Shown here: positions 27,501 through 42,230 of the stretch, piece after piece
Layout: each line of letters opens with the position of its first letter
Position numbering within the stretch: position 1 is the stretch's first letter
NCBI GenBank assembly: GCA_964016885.1
Contig: OZ024742.1
Coordinates: 33,976,001 to 34,040,000 of the forward strand
DNA from: Eledone cirrhosa
Lineage: Eukaryota
Length of the DNA stretch: 64,000 nucleotides
Direction of reading: 5' to 3'
Notes under the pieces: generated by a model
Seen by the model: only the letters and a program-made list of their open reading frames with translations
Told to the model about the DNA's origin: nothing
The model's database searches: none
Program-made: the position numbers and the translations under genes

Positions 27501-30500
27501 AGGTTAATGTTAATGGGACAGGGACCCTGTGCACAGTCCAAAGTCGGTAGGTTATTGTTAATGAGACAGGGACCTTGTGCACAGTGCACAGTGGGTAAGT
27601 TAATGTTAATGAGACAGGGACCCTGTGCACAGTCCACAGTCGGTAGGTTAATGTTAATGAGGCAGGGACCCTGTGCACAGTGCACAGTGGGTAGGTTAAT
27701 GTTAATGAGGCAGGGACCCTGTGCACACTGCACAGTCGGTAGGTTAATGTTAATGAGCCAGGGACCCTGTGCACAGTGCACAGTGGGTAGGTTAATGTTA
27801 ATGAGACAGGGACCCTGTGCACAGTGCACAGTCGGTAGGTTAATGTTAATGAGACAAGGACCCTGTGCACAGTGCACAGTCGGTAAGTTAATGTTAATGA
27901 GACAAGGACCCTGTGTACAGTCCACAGTCGTTAGGTTACTGTTAATGAGACAGGGACCCCGTGCACAGTGCACAGTGTGTAGGTTAATTTTAATGAGACA
28001 GGGACCCTCTGCACAGCCCACAGTGGGTAGGTTAATGTTAATGAGACAGGGAACCTCTGCACAGTCCACAGTGGGTAGGTTAATGTTAATGAGACAGGGA
28101 CCCTGTGCACAGTGCACAGTGGGTAGGTTAATGTTAATGAGACAAGGACCCTGTGCACAGTGCACAGTCGGTAGGTTAATGTTAATGAGACAAGGACCCT
28201 GTGCACAGTCCACAGTGGGTAGGTTAATGTTAATGAGGCAGGGACCCTGTGCACAGTCCACAGTCGGTAGGTTAATGTTGATGAGGCAGGGAACCTGTGC
28301 ACAGTGCACAGTCGGTAGGTTAATGTTAATGAGATAGGGACCTGGTGCACAGTGCACAGTGGGTAGGTTAATGTTAATGAGGTAGGGACCCTGTGCACAA
28401 TCCACAGTCGGTAGGTTAATGTTGATGAGGCAGGGACCCTATGCACAGTGCACAGTGGGTAGGTTAATGTTAATGAGACAGGGACCCTGTGCACAGTGCA
28501 CATTCGTTAGGTTAATGTTAATGAGACAGGGACCCTGTGCACAGTGCACAGTTGGTAGGTTAATGTTAATGAGGCAGGGACCCTGTCCACAGTCCACAGT
28601 CGGTAGGTTAATGTTGATGAGGCAGGGACCCTGTGCACAGTGCACAGTGGGTAGGTTAATGTTAATGAGACAGGGACCCTGTGCACAGTCCACAGTCGGT
28701 AGGTTAATGTTGATGGGGCAGGGACCCTGTGCACAGTCCACAGTCGGTAGGTTAATGTTGATGAGGCAGGGACCCTGTTCACAGTGCACAGTGGGTAGGT
28801 TAATGTTAATGAGACAGGGACCCTGTGCACAGTGCACAGTGGGTAGGTTAATGTTAATGAGACAGGGACCCTGTGCACAGTCCACAGTCGGTAGGTTAAT
28901 GTTAATGAGACAGGGCCATTGTGCACAGTCCACAGTGGGTAGGTTAATGTTAATGGGACAGGGGCCCTGTGCACAGTCCACAGTCGGTAGGTTATTGTTA
29001 ATGAGACAGGGACCTTGTGCACAGTGCACAGTGGGTAAGTTAATGTTAATGAGACAGGGACCCTGTGCACAGTCCACAGTCGGTAGGTTAATGTTAATGA
29101 GGCAGGGACCCTGTGCACAGTGCACAGTGGGTAGGTTAATGTTAATGAGGCAGTGACCCTGTGCACAGTGCACAGTTGGTAGGTTAATGTCAATGAGACA
29201 GGGACCATGTGCACAGTGCACAGGGGGTAGGTTAACGTTGATGAGGCAGGGACCCGGTGCACAGTGCACAGTCGGTAGGTTAATGTTAATGAGACAGGGA
29301 CCATGTGCACCGTGGCAGGGGGTAGGTTAATGTTTATGAGACATGGACCCGGTGCACAGTGCACAGTGGGTAGGTTAATGTTAATGAGACAGGGACCATG
29401 TGCACAGTGCACAGGGGGTAGGTTAATGTTTATGAGACAGGGACCCGGTGCACAGTGCACAGTCGGTAGGTTAATGTTAATGAGACAGGGACCCTGTGCA
29501 CAGTGCACAGTGGGTAGGTTAATGTTAATGAGACAGGGACCCTGTGCACAGTGCACAGTCGGTAGGTTAATGTTAATGAGACAGGGACCCTGTGCACAGT
29601 GCACAGTGGGTAGGTTAATGTTAATGAGACAGGGACCCTGTGCACAGTCCACAGTGGGTAGGTTAATGTTAATGAGACAAGGACCCTGTGCACAGTCCAC
29701 AGTGGGTAGGTTAATGTTAATGAGACAAGGACCCTGTGCACAGTCCACAGTGGGTAGGTTAATGTTAATGAGACAGGGACCCTGTGCACAGTGCACAGTG
29801 GGTAGGTTAATGTTAATGAGACAGGGACCCTGTGCACAGTGCACAGTGGGTAGGTTCATGTTAATGAGGCAGGGACCCTGTTCACAGTGCACAGTGGGTA
29901 GGTTAATGTTAATGAGACAAGGACCCTGTGCACAGTGCACAGTGGGTAGGTTAATGTTAATGAGACAGGGACCCTGTGCACAGCCCACAGTGGCTAGGTT
30001 AATGTGAATGAGACAAGGACCCTGTGCACAGTGCACAGTCGGTAGGTTAATGTTAATGAGACAGGGATCCTGTGCACAGTGCACAGTCGGTAGGTTAATG
30101 TTAATGAGGCAGGGACCCATGTGCACAGTGCACAGTGGGTAGGTTAATGTTAATGAGACAGGGACCCTGTGCACAGCCCACAGTCGGTAGGTTAATGTTA
30201 ATGAGACAGGGCCATTGTGCACAGTGCACAGTGGGTAGGTTAATGTTAATGAGACAGGGACCCTGTGCACAGTCCACAGTCGGTAGGTTAATGTTAATGA
30301 GACAGGGCCATTGTGCACAGTCCACAGTGGGTAGGTTAATGTTAATGGGACAGGGACCCTGTGCACAGTCCAAAGTCGGTAGGTCATTGTTAATGAGACA
30401 GGGACCTTGTGCACAGTGCACAGTGGGTAAGTTAATGTTAATGAGACAGGGACCCTGTGCACAGTCCACAGTCGGTAGGTTAATGTTAATGAGGCAGGGA

Positions 30501-33500
30501 CCCTGTGCACAGTGCACAGTTGGTAGGTTAATGTTAATGAGGCAGGGACCCTGTGCACAGTCCACAGTCGGTAGGTTAATGTTGATGAGGCAGGGACCCT
30601 GTGCACAGTGCACAGTGGGTAGGTTAATGTTAATGAGAAAAGGACCCTGTGCACACTGCACAGTGGGTAGGTTAATGTTAATGAGACAGGGACCCTGTGC
30701 ACAGTCCACAGTCGGTAGGTTAATGTTAATGAGGCAGGGACCCTGTGCACAGTGCACAGTTGGTAGGTTAATGTTAATGAGGCAGGGACCCTGTGCACAG
30801 TCCACAGTCGGTAGGTTAATGTTGATGAGGCAGGGACCCTGTGCACAGTGCACAGTGGGTAGGTTAATGTTGATGAGGCAGGGACCCTGTGCACAGTGCA
30901 CAGTGGGTAGGTTAATGTTAATGAGGCAGGGACCCTGTGCACAGTGCACATTGGGTAGGTTAATGTTAATGAGGCAGGGACCCTGTGCACAGTCCACAGT
31001 CGGTAGGTTAATGTTGATGAGGCAGGGACCCTGTGCACAGTGCACAGTGGGTAGGTTAATGTTAATGAGAAAAGGACCCTGTGCACACTGCACAGTGGGT
31101 AGGTTAATGTTAATGAGACAGGGACCCTGTGCACACTGCACAGTCGGTAGGTTAATGTTAATGAGGCAGGGACCCTGTGAACAGTCCACAGTCGGTAGGT
31201 TAATGTTGATGAGGCAGGGCCCCTGTGCACTGTGCACAGTGGGTAGGTTAATTTTAATGAGACAGGGACCCTGTGCACAGTGCACAGTCGGTAGGTTAAT
31301 GTTAATGAGATAGGGCCATGTGCACAGTGCACAGTGGGTAGGTTAATGTTAATGAGGTAGGGACCCTGTGCACAGTCCACAGTCGGTAGGTTAATGTTGA
31401 TGAGGCAGGGACCCTGTGCACAGTGCACAGTGGGTAGGTTAATGTTAATGAGACAGGGACCCTGTGCACAGTGCACAGTCGTTAGGTTAATGTTAATGAG
31501 ACAGGGACCCTGTGCACAGTGCACAGTTGGTAGGTTAATGTTAATGAGGCAGGGACCCTGTGCACAGTCCACAGTCGGTAGGTTAATGTTGATGAGGCAG
31601 GGACCCTGTTCACAGTGCACAGTGGGTAGGTTAATGTTAATGAGACAGGGACCCTGTGCACAGTGCACAGTCGGTAGGTTAATGTTAATGAGGCAGGGAC
31701 CCATGTGCACAGTGCACAGTGGGTAGGTTAATGTTAATGAGACAGGGACCTTGTGCACAGTCCACAGTGGGTAGGTTAATGTTAATGGGACAGGGACCCT
31801 GTGCACAGTCCACATTCAGTAGGTTAATGTTAATGAGACAGGGACCTTGTGCACAGTGCACAGTGGGTAGGTTAATGTTAATGAGACAGGGACCCTGTGC
31901 ACAGTCCACAGTCGGTAGGTTAATGTTAATGAGACAGGGCCATTGTGCACAGTGCACAGTGGGTAGGTTAATGTTAATGGGACAGGGACCCTGTGCACAG
32001 TCCAAAGTCGGTAGGTTATTGTTAATGAGACAGGGACCTTGTGCACAGTGCACAGTGGGTAAGTTAATGTTAATGAGACAGGGACCCTGTGCACAGTCCA
32101 CAGTCGGTAGGTTAATGTTAATGAGGCAGGGACCCTGTGCACAGTGCACAGTGGGTAGGTTAATGTTAATGAGGCAGGGACCCTGTGCACACTGCACAGT
32201 CGGTAGGTTAATGTTAATGAGCCAGGGACCCTGTGCACAGTGCACAGAGGGTAGGTTAATGTTAATGAGACAGGGACCCTGTGCACAGTGCACAGTGTGT
32301 AGGTTAATTTTAATGAGACAGGGACCCTCTGCACAGCCCACAGTGGGTAGGTTAATGTTAATGAGACAGGGAACCTCTGCACAGTCCACAGTGGGTAGTT
32401 TAATGTTAATGAGGCAGGGACCCTGTGCACACTGCACAGTCGGTAGGTTAATGTTAATGAGACAAGGACCCTGTGCACAGTGCACAGTGGGCAGGTTAAT
32501 GTTAATGAGACAAGGACCCTGTGCACACTGCACAGTGGGTAGGTTAATGTTAATGAGACAAGGACCCTGTGCACAGTGCACAGTGGGCAGGTTAATGTTA
32601 ATGAGACAAGGACCCTGTGCACAGTGCACAGTCGGTGGGTTAATGTTAATGAGCCAGGGACCCTGTGCACACTGCACTGTGGGTAGGTTAATGTTAATGA
32701 GACAAGGACCCTGTGCACAGTGCACAGTGGGCAGGTTAATGTTAATGAGACAAGGACCCTGTGCACAGTGCACAGTCGGTGGGTTAATGTTAATGAGACA
32801 GGAACCCTGTGCACAGTCCACAGTGCGTAGGTTAATGTTAATGAGACAGGGACCCTGTGCACAGTGCACAGTTGGTAGGTTAATGTTAATGAGGCAGGGA
32901 CCCTGTGCACAGTCCACAGTCGGTAGGTTAATGTTAATGAGACAGGGACCCTGTGCACAGTGCACAGTTGGTAGGTTAATGTTGATGAGGCAGGGACCCT
33001 GTGCACAGTGCACAGTCGGTAGGTTAATGTTAATGAGATAGGGACCTGGTGCACAGTGCACAGTGGGTAGGTTAATGTTAATGAGGTAGGGACCCTGTGC
33101 ACAATCCACAGTCGGTAGGTTAATGTTGATGAGGCAGGGACCCTGTGCACAGTGCACAGTGGGTAGGTTAATGTTAATGAGACAGGGACCCTGTGCACAG
33201 TGCACATTCGTTAGGTTAATGTTAATGAGACAGGGACCCTGTGCACAGTGCACAGTTGGTAGGTTAATGTTAATGAGACAGGGACCCTGTGCACAGTCCA
33301 CAGTCGGTAGGTTAATGTTGATGAGGCAGGGACCCTGTGCACAGTCCACAGTCGGTAGGTTAATGTTGATGAGGCAGGGACCCTGTTCACAGTGCACAGT
33401 GGGTAGGTTAATGTTAATGAGACAGGGATCCTGTGCACAGTGCACAGTCGGTAGGTTAATGTTAATGAGGCAGGGACCCATGTGCACAGTGCACAGTGAG

Positions 33501-36500
33501 TAGGTTAATGTTAATGAGACAGGGACCCTGTGCACAGTCCACATTCGGTAGGTTAATGTTAATGAGACAGGGACCTTGTGCACAGTGCACAATGGGTAGG
33601 TTAATGTTAATGAGACAGGGACCCTGTGCACAGTCCACAGTCGGTAGGTTAATGTTAATGAGACAGGGCCATTGTGCACAGTCCACAGTGGGTAGGTTAA
33701 TGTTAATGGGACAGGGGCCCTGTGCACAGTCCACAGTCGGTAGGGTATTGTTAATGAGACAGGGACCTTGTGCACAGTGCACAGTGGGTAAGTTAATGTT
33801 AATGAGACAGGGACCCTGTGCACAGTCCACAGTCGGTAGGTTAATGTTAATGAGGCAGGGACCCTGTGCACAGTGCACTGTGGGTAGGTTAATGTTAATG
33901 AGGCAGGGACCCTGTGCACAGTGCACAGTTGGTAGGTTAATGTTAATGAGACAGGGACCATGTGCACAGTGCACAGGGGGTAGGTTAATGTTGATGAGGC
34001 AGGGACCCGGTGCACAGTGCACAGTCGGTAGATTAATGTTAATGAGACAGGGACCATGTACACCGTGCACAGGGGGTAGGTTAATGTTTATGAGACATGG
34101 ACCCGGTGCACAGTGCACAGTGGGTAGGTTAATGTTAATGAGACAGGGACCATGTGCACAGTGCACAGGGGGTAGGTTAATGTTTATGAGACAGGGACCC
34201 GGTGCACAGTGCACAGTCGGTAGGTTAATGTTAATGAGACAGGGACCCTGTGCACAGTGCACAGTGGGTAGGTTAATCTTAATGAGACAGGGACCCTGTG
34301 CACAGTGCACAGTGGGTAGGTTAATGTTAGTGAGACAGGGACCCTGTGCACAGTCCACAGTGGGTAGGTTAATGTTAATGAGACAAGGACCCTGTGCACA
34401 GTCCACAGTGGGTAGGTTAATGTTAATGAGACAAGGACCCTGTGCACAGTCCACAGTGGGTAGGTTAATGTTAATGAGGCAGGGACTCTGTGCACAGTGC
34501 ACAGTGGGTAGGTTAATGTTAATGAGGCAGGGACCCTGTGCACAGTGCACAGTGGGTAGGTTAATGTTAATGAGGCAGGGACCCTGTTCACAGTGCACAG
34601 TGGGTAGGTTAATGTTAATGAGACAAGGACCCTGTGCACAGTGCACAGTGGGTAGGTTAATGTTAATGAGACAGGGACCCTGTGCACAGCCCACAGTGGG
34701 TAGGTTAATGTTAATGAGACAAGGACCCTGTGCACAGTGCACAGTCGGTAGGTTAATGTTAATGAGACAGGGACCCTGTGCACAGTGCACAGTCGGTAGG
34801 TTAATGTTAATGAGACAGGGACCCTGTGCACAGTCCACAGTCGGTAAGTTAATGTTAATGAGACAGGGACCCTGTTCACAGTGCACAGTGGGTAGGTTAA
34901 TGTTAATGAGACAGGGACCCTGTGCACAGTGCACAGTCGGTAGGTTAATGTTAAAGAGACAGGGACCCTGTTCACAGTGCACAGTGGGTAGGTTAATGTT
35001 AATGAGACAGGGACCCTGTGCACAGTCCACAGTCGGTAGGTTAATGTTAATGAGGCAGGGACCCTGTGCACAGTCCATAGTCGGTAGTTTAATGTTAATG
35101 AGACAGGGACCCTGTGCACAGTGCACAGTGGGTAGGTTAATGTTAATGAGACAGGGACCCTGTGCACAGTCCACATTCGGTAGGTTAATGTTAATGAGAC
35201 AGGGACCTTGTGCACAGTGCACAGTGGGTAGGTTAATGTTAATGAGACAGGGACCCTGTGCACAGTGCACATTCGTTAGGTTAATGTTAATGAGACAGGG
35301 ACCCTGTGCACAGTGCACAGTTGGTAGGTTAATGTTAATGAGGCAGGGACCCTGTCCACAGTCCACAGTCGGTAGGTTAATGTTGATGAGGCAGGGACCC
35401 TGTGCACAGTGCACAGTGGGTAGGTTAATGTTAATGAGACAGGGACCCTGTGCACAGTCCACAGTCGGTAGGTTAATGTTGATGAGGCAGGGACCCTGTG
35501 CACAGCCCACAGTCGGTAGGTTAATGTTGATGAGGCAGGGACCCTGTTCACAGTGCACAGTGGGTAGGTTGATGTTAATGAGACAGGGACCCTGTGCACA
35601 GTGCACAGTCGGTAGGTTAATGTTAATGAGGCAGGGACCCATGTGCACAGTGCACAGTGGGTAGGTTAATGTTAATGAGACAGGGACCCTGTGCACAGTC
35701 CACAGTCGGTAGGTTAATGTTAATGAGACAGGGCCATTGTGCACAGTCCACAGTGGGTAGGTTAATGTTAATGGGACAGGGGCCCTGTGCACAGTCCACA
35801 GTCGGTAGGTTATTGTTAATGAGACAGGGACCTTGTGCACAGTGCACAATGGGTAAGTTAATGTTAATGAGACAGGGACCCTGTGCACAGTCCACAGTCG
35901 GTAGGTTAATGTTAATGAGGCAGGGACCCTGTGCACAGTGCACAGTGGGTAGGTTAATGTTAATGAGGCAGGGACCCTGTGCACAGTGCACAGTTGGTAG
36001 GTTAATGTTGATGAGGCAGGGACCCGGTGCACAGTGCACAGTCGGTAGGTTAATGTTAATGAGACAGGGACCATGTGCACCGTGCACAGGGGGTAGGTTA
36101 ATGTTTATGAGACATGGACCCGGTGCACAGTGCACAGTGGGTAGGTTAATGTTAATGAGACAGGGACCATGTGCACAGTACACAGGGGGTAGGTTAATGT
36201 TTATGAGACAGGGACCCGGTGCACAGTGCACAGTCGGTAGGTTAATGTTAATGAGACAGGGACCCTGTGCACAGTGCACAGTGGGTAGGTTAATGTTAAT
36301 GAGACAGGGACCCTGTGCACAGTCCACAGTCGGTAGGTTAATGTTAATGAGACAAGGACCCTGTGCACAGTCCACAGTGGGTAGGTTAATGTTAATGAGA
36401 CAAGGACCCTGTGCACAGTCCACAGTGGGTAGGTTAATGTTAATGAGACAGGGACCATGTGCACAGTGCACAGTGGGTAGGTTAATGTTAATGAGACAGG

Positions 36501-38516
36501 GACCCTGTGCACAGTGCACAGCGGGTAGGTTAATGTTAATGAGGCAGGGACCCTGTTCACAGTGCACAGTGGGTAGGTTAATGTTAATGAGACAAGGACC
36601 CTGTGCACAGTGCACAGTGGGTAGGTTAATGTTAATGAGACAGGGACCCTGTGCACAGCCCACAGTGGGTAGGTTAATGTTAATGAGACAAGGACCCTGT
36701 GCACAGTGCACAGTCGGTAGGTTAATGTTAATGAGACAGGGACCCTGTGCACAGTGCACAGTCGGTAGGTTAATGTTAATGAGACAGGGACCCTGTGCAC
36801 AGTCCACAGTCGGTAAGTTAATGTTAATGAGACAGGGACCCTGTTCACAGTGCACAGTGGGTAGGTTAATGTTAATGAGACAGGGACCATGTGCACAGTG
36901 CACAGTCGGTAGGTTAATGTGAAAGAGACAGGGACCCTGTTCACAGTGCACAGTGGGTAGGTTAATGTTAATGAGACAGGGAGCCTGTGCACAGTGCACA
37001 GTCGGTAGGTTAATGTTAATGAGACAGGGACCTTGTGCACAGTGCACAGTCGGTAGGTTAATGTTAATGAGACAGGGACCCTGTGCACAGTGCACAGTGG
37101 GTAGGTTAATGTTAATGAGACAGGGACCCTGTGCACAGTGCACAGTCGGTAGGTTAATGTTAATGAGGCAGGGACCCTGTGCACAGTCCATAGTCGGTAG
37201 TTTAATGTTAATGAGACAGGGACCCTGTGCACAGTGCACAGTGGGTAGGTTAATGTTAATGAGACAGGGACCCTGTGCACAGTCCACAGTCGGTAGGTTA
37301 ATGTTAATGAGGCAGGGACCCTGTGCACAGTCCATAGTCGGTAGTTTAATGTTAATGAGACAGGGACCCTGTGCACAGTGCACAGTCGGTAGTTTAATGT
37401 TAATGAGACAGGGACCCTGTGCACAGTGCACAGTCGGTAGTTTAATGTTAATGAGACAGGGACCCTGTTCACAGTGCACAGTGGGTAGGTTAATGTTAAT
37501 GAGACAGGGACCCTGTGCACAGTGCACAGTCGGTAGTTTAATGTTAATGAGACAGGGACCCTGTGCACAGTGCACAGTCGGTAGTTTAATGTTAATGAGA
37601 CAGGGACCCTGTTCACAGTGCACAGTGGGTAGGTTAATGTTAATGAGACAGGGACCCTGTGCACAGTGCACAGTCGGTAGTTTAATGTTAATGAGACAGG
37701 GACCCTGTGCACAGTGCACAGTCGGTAGTTTAATGTTAATGAGACAGGGACCCTGTGCACAGTGCACAGTCGGTAGGTTAATGTTAATGAGACAGGGACC
37801 TTGTGCACAGTGCACAGTCGGTAGGTTAATGTTAATGAGACAGGACCCTGTGCACAGTCCACAGTGGGTTGGTTAATGTTAATGAGACAGGGACCCTGTG
37901 CACAGTGCACAGTCGGTAGGTTAATGTTAATGAGACAGGGACCTTGTGCACAGTGCACAGTCGGTAGGTTAATGTTAATGAGACAGGGACCCTGTGCCAG
38001 TCCACAGTCGGTAGGCTAATGTTAATGAGGCAGGGACCCTGTGCACAGTCCACAGTGGGTTGGTTAATGTTAATGAGAGAAGGACCCTGTGCACAGTGCA
38101 CAGTGGCTAGGTTAATGTTAATGAGACAGGACCCTCTGCTCAGTGCACAGTGGGTAGGTTAATGTTAATGAGACAGGGACCCTGCGCACACTGCACAGTC
38201 GGTAGGTTAATGTTGATGAGGCAGGGACCATGTGCACAGTGCACAGTGGGTAGGTTAATGTTAATGAGACAGGGACCCTGCGCACAGTGGACGGTCGGTA
38301 GGTTAATGTTAATGAGACAGGGACCCTGTGCACAGTCCACAGTCGGTAGGTTAATGTTAATGTGGCAGGGACGCTGTGCACACTGCACAGTCGGTAGGTT
38401 AATGTTAATGAGACAGGGACCCTGCGCACAGTGCACGGTCGGTAGGTTAATGTTAATGAGACAGGGACCCTGTGCACAGTCCACAGTCGGTAGGTTAATG
38501 TTAATGAGGCAGGGAT
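21537..38516. repeat. 48-bp satellite/minisatellite array, ~354 units
   Basis: Consensus cagt(g/c)cacagt(g/c)ggtaggttaatgttaatgagacagggaccctgtgca. 16-aa periodicity in the ORF track. Rare 47- or 49-bp units. Confidence 0.99.
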
Positions 38517-38825
38517 CAGGCCGTGAGCTCAGCCGGTTTTAGCTTTAATCTTGGCAAGCTACTTCAAACATAATAATTATATTGCATATATTTTTATATA
38601 TAGGTATATATAGTCGAATATAAGATGACATTTGTTTATGATCTTTGACACGCAGAAAACCCGTTAAATTACTGTTGATAAACAGCAATTAATATTATGA
38701 AACTAATACAATACAGTTCTTGTACAATATTGGATATATTATTTGAGCGTGTGTCTGTGCGCCTGCGCGCGCGTGTGTGTACATTTTTATGTATTAAATA
38801 TGAAGCACATAAAAAATGTGCAAAG

Positions 38826-39153
38826 GTCATCTTCGGTCACGAATGACTATAGATTTTGCATCTAGAAAGTTCCCCTCCGAGGTACAAACCCGGGTAAAGT
38901 GTTTCTGAGGAAACCCAGCAGTCACCCCTATCTGACAACCCCTGTTACCACATCACTGTTGTCCAAAGGAAAGACATAGACTAATACTGCTTGGCACCAG
39001 TGATGTCAGAACTCATTTCTACAGCTGAGTAAACTGGAACATCGGGAAATAAAGTGTCTTGCTCAAGGACAGGACGCATTTCCTGGTCTGGGAATCGAAC
39101 ACACAAAAACGCAATTGCGAATTCAACTATCTAACCACTAAGCTACGCACCTT
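38826..39153 (-). mobile_element. tRNA-derived SINE with conserved core (cephalopod-type)
   Basis: Reverse strand: ggtgcgtagcttagtggttag (A box), gttcgattccc (B box), ccttgagcaagacacttt, ccagtttactcagctg. Confidence 0.75.
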
Positions 39154-39188
39154 TACAGGCACATAGATAGAAGCAAACAAAAAAGAAA

Positions 39189-39470
39189 CATACATACACT
39201 GATTCATACGTATACACACCATCACAAACATACATACACATACACACTGATTCAGAAGCATACACACCATCACAAACATACATACACATACACACTGATT
39301 CACACGCACACACACCATCACAAACATACATACACATACACACTGATTCATACGTATACATACCATCACATACATACATACACATACATACTGATTCACA
39401 CGCACACATACCATCCCGAACATACAACACATACACACTGATTCATACGCACACACACACCATCACAAAC
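39189..39470. repeat. CA-rich minisatellite, 48-bp period, ~6 copies
   Basis: ctgattca recurs at 39199, 39247, 39295, 39343, 39391 and 39438. Confidence 0.9.
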
Positions 39471-40045
39471 ACACAATTACACACACACACACATAAACAC
39501 ACACACGCACGCACACACACGCACACACACACAGACACTCACAGAGACACACAGACACACTTAACATTCATATCATACATTATTAGCGCTGAGATCCGAA
39601 GGCACGTTCCCAAGTTTTGTTTGTAAATCCTAAGGGAAAACAAAACAGTAAAAGAAGGGAAATATAACGTAAAGATAAAAGAGTGAAAGATGTTTAACCT
39701 TATTATCACATTTATATAATGTATATATACAATACGTGAATATAAAAAAGAACAGCGAACAGTAGAAAAGAATTGCCTGACAGAAGCTAAGCATCATGCT
39801 CTTTGTCTATTTGAAAAATTACGTGAAGTAGCATCATGCACATTGAATGATACCTTCTCAGTTTTCACAGCTATGATTGCTATCCAATTAAAAAGCCAAT
39901 CTCTTAAAAGCCGGAAACAGTTTTGTTGGAACAATAGCTATTGAGAAGGATCTTTGTGGATCTGACATTCTTTGTAAATCGAAGTCAATTCCGCACATAA
40001 CCCCCTACTAGTTACTATTTATTTTGTCTAATCTACACTGTTTGT

Positions 40046-40147
<102 letters not shown>

Positions 40148-40258
40148 TATATATAGCGTAATTTAAACGATAGCAAATACGTAAACCGTATGTATGCATT
40201 GCTTGAAAATAATAAAAGTGGTAATACTATTATGATTCTATGTATGTGTGTGTGTGTT

Positions 40259-40350
<92 letters not shown>

Positions 40351-40532
40351 TAGGCATGTGTTTTGTATAAGTGCAATGTACGCATACAACATATATACAC
40401 ACACAGACACATATGCATATATGCAAATAGTACGTGCCCAAATACATAACAAACATATTTTAGAGTCGAGATCATATGTGAGTCTGTATGTGTGTGCGTG
40501 TATGCGCGTGTGTGTGTCTGTATGCGTTTATG

Positions 40533-40563
<31 letters not shown>

Positions 40564-40591
40564 ATGTGTGTCTGAGTCATTGTACGAGTTC

Positions 40592-40663
<72 letters not shown>

Positions 40664-40930
40664 ATATATATATATATGTGTGTGTGTGTGTCTGAGTTAT
40701 TGTACGAGTTTATATATATATATATATATGCTTTGCAATCGGTGAAATACAATATAATATACACCACACTGAAATAAGTATTGGGGCCTTTAAGTTCGAC
40801 TAAAACAGAAACTTAAATGACTAAAACCAATAAAACAAGACTCACAGTCTTGCATGTTTTGAATGAGGAGTTGGCTTTGAAACCATATTGTTTAGAGTTG
40901 ATTAGAAGCCCAAACAATGCCTATAAAGAA

Positions 40931-41151
40931 TTGGTTTCTCATATAGGCACAAGGCCAACAATTTGGCGGGAGAATAAGTCGATTAAATCGACCCCAGTGC
41001 GTGACTGGTACTTTATTTGATCAACCCCGTAAGGGTGAAAGGCAAAGTTAACCTCGGCGGGATTTGACCTCAGATCATAAAGGGGCGTAACTCTTTGCTG
41101 CAAAGCATGTTGTCCGACGCCCTACCGACACTGCCAATCCGCTGCCCTTAA
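40931..41151 (-). mobile_element. tRNA-derived SINE
   Basis: Reverse strand gggcagcggattggcagtgtcggtagggcgtcgg...gaggtcaaatcccgccgagg. Same family as 8972 and 11822. Confidence 0.75.
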
Positions 41152-41224
41152 TGCCTATAAAGAATTAAAACGTAATCTGTTGTTCCGAATTTTCAATCTT
41201 AAAACACTTTCATAAGTGAAACAC

Positions 41225-41400
41225 TTTGATTTTAACAGGGCATAAGCCTTAGTTGAAGTCCTCCTAAATGTTGTTAGAATTTCCAGCCGCAGGTGTGAAC
41301 CCCGCGAGTTGGAGTGGCTTTTCCAGCGCGTTTTCCTTGCCGTCCTCCGTGGGAACGCCTTCTCCATCCTGTCCGCTGGGGTTGTGGGTGGGGCATCGCG
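41225..41400 (+). pseudogene. CRE-like (restriction-like endonuclease) non-LTR retrotransposon 3' fragment
   Basis: EPRELEWLFQRVFLAVLRGNAFSIL resembles the LFQR.S.A..RGNA C-terminal motif. Confidence 0.6.
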
Positions 41401-41864
41401 TAACATCCCATATTTAGGTATCCAGATTAATAGTTTTTATATACAAACCACTTGTATTATAGTATAGCTTGACACTACTAGACTATTGAGGTCGGTTGTC
41501 AAACTTCCCATTGAAAGACTTTCAATGCCTGTTTTAGCACGTTAAGTCTCTCATTTGGAATGCCATATGTTGCGAGAGTTTCCCGGGTCCCAATCTCATC
41601 GCTAAGACCAAAACCCAGGAACAGACTATTGATGTCATTGTATATTTTTCTTTTTCTCTCCTAAGTGAGATATTTCAGGAATCGAAAGGTAGAGTTCATA
41701 TTCAGTCCAGAAAAGTTCTTAGCATTGAATAACGACCGAACAAGCCTTAGCTGCAGCGAAATCCTTAGTAGATCTTTTCCTTCAAGCCTTTATCTCCCCC
41801 CTCTCTATATCTCCCTCTCTGTCTTTCTCTTTCTCTGTCTTTCTCTCTCTCTCTGTCTCTCGCC

Positions 41865-41996
<132 letters not shown>

Positions 41997-42230
41997 ATAA
42001 TCTAGCTGTCGTCTGTTCTACAGCGTAGATGTAATTCACTTCGCGCAGAAGTTTTGTTCAAATTTATTGCGGAAATTTTGTAAGTTCAATTTTAATTTTG
42101 ATACTATTGTGTAGCTTGACCCTCCGCCTGAACTGTCAAGCGGTGGGTCAGCTCATCTTTACCCCTCCTAGGGGTGAAAAACCTGTTTTTAAAAATGTTG
42201 TGGCATAAAAATTTCAATCATCTGACAGAA

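Noticed and set aside
21537-38516. CRISPR-like array
   Set aside because: Units are contiguous with no unique spacers, there are no cas genes, and the context is eukaryotic.
21537-38516. Satellite as a hammerhead array (gagacagggaccctgtg resembles family B GAAACAGGGCCCTGTC; some units have ttgatgag)
   Set aside because: No GAAA, no NUH triplet at the right place and no stem I/II arrangement. Probably coincidence.
21427-38542. Long ORFs (up to 1154 aa) on both strands as a Cys-rich repeat protein
   Set aside because: A 48-bp unit lacking stops in three frames gives these automatically. Scattered stops and 47/49-bp units show no frame protection.
39189-39470. Relationship between this 48-bp minisatellite and the 48-bp satellite
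   Set aside because: Same period but no sequence similarity on either strand.
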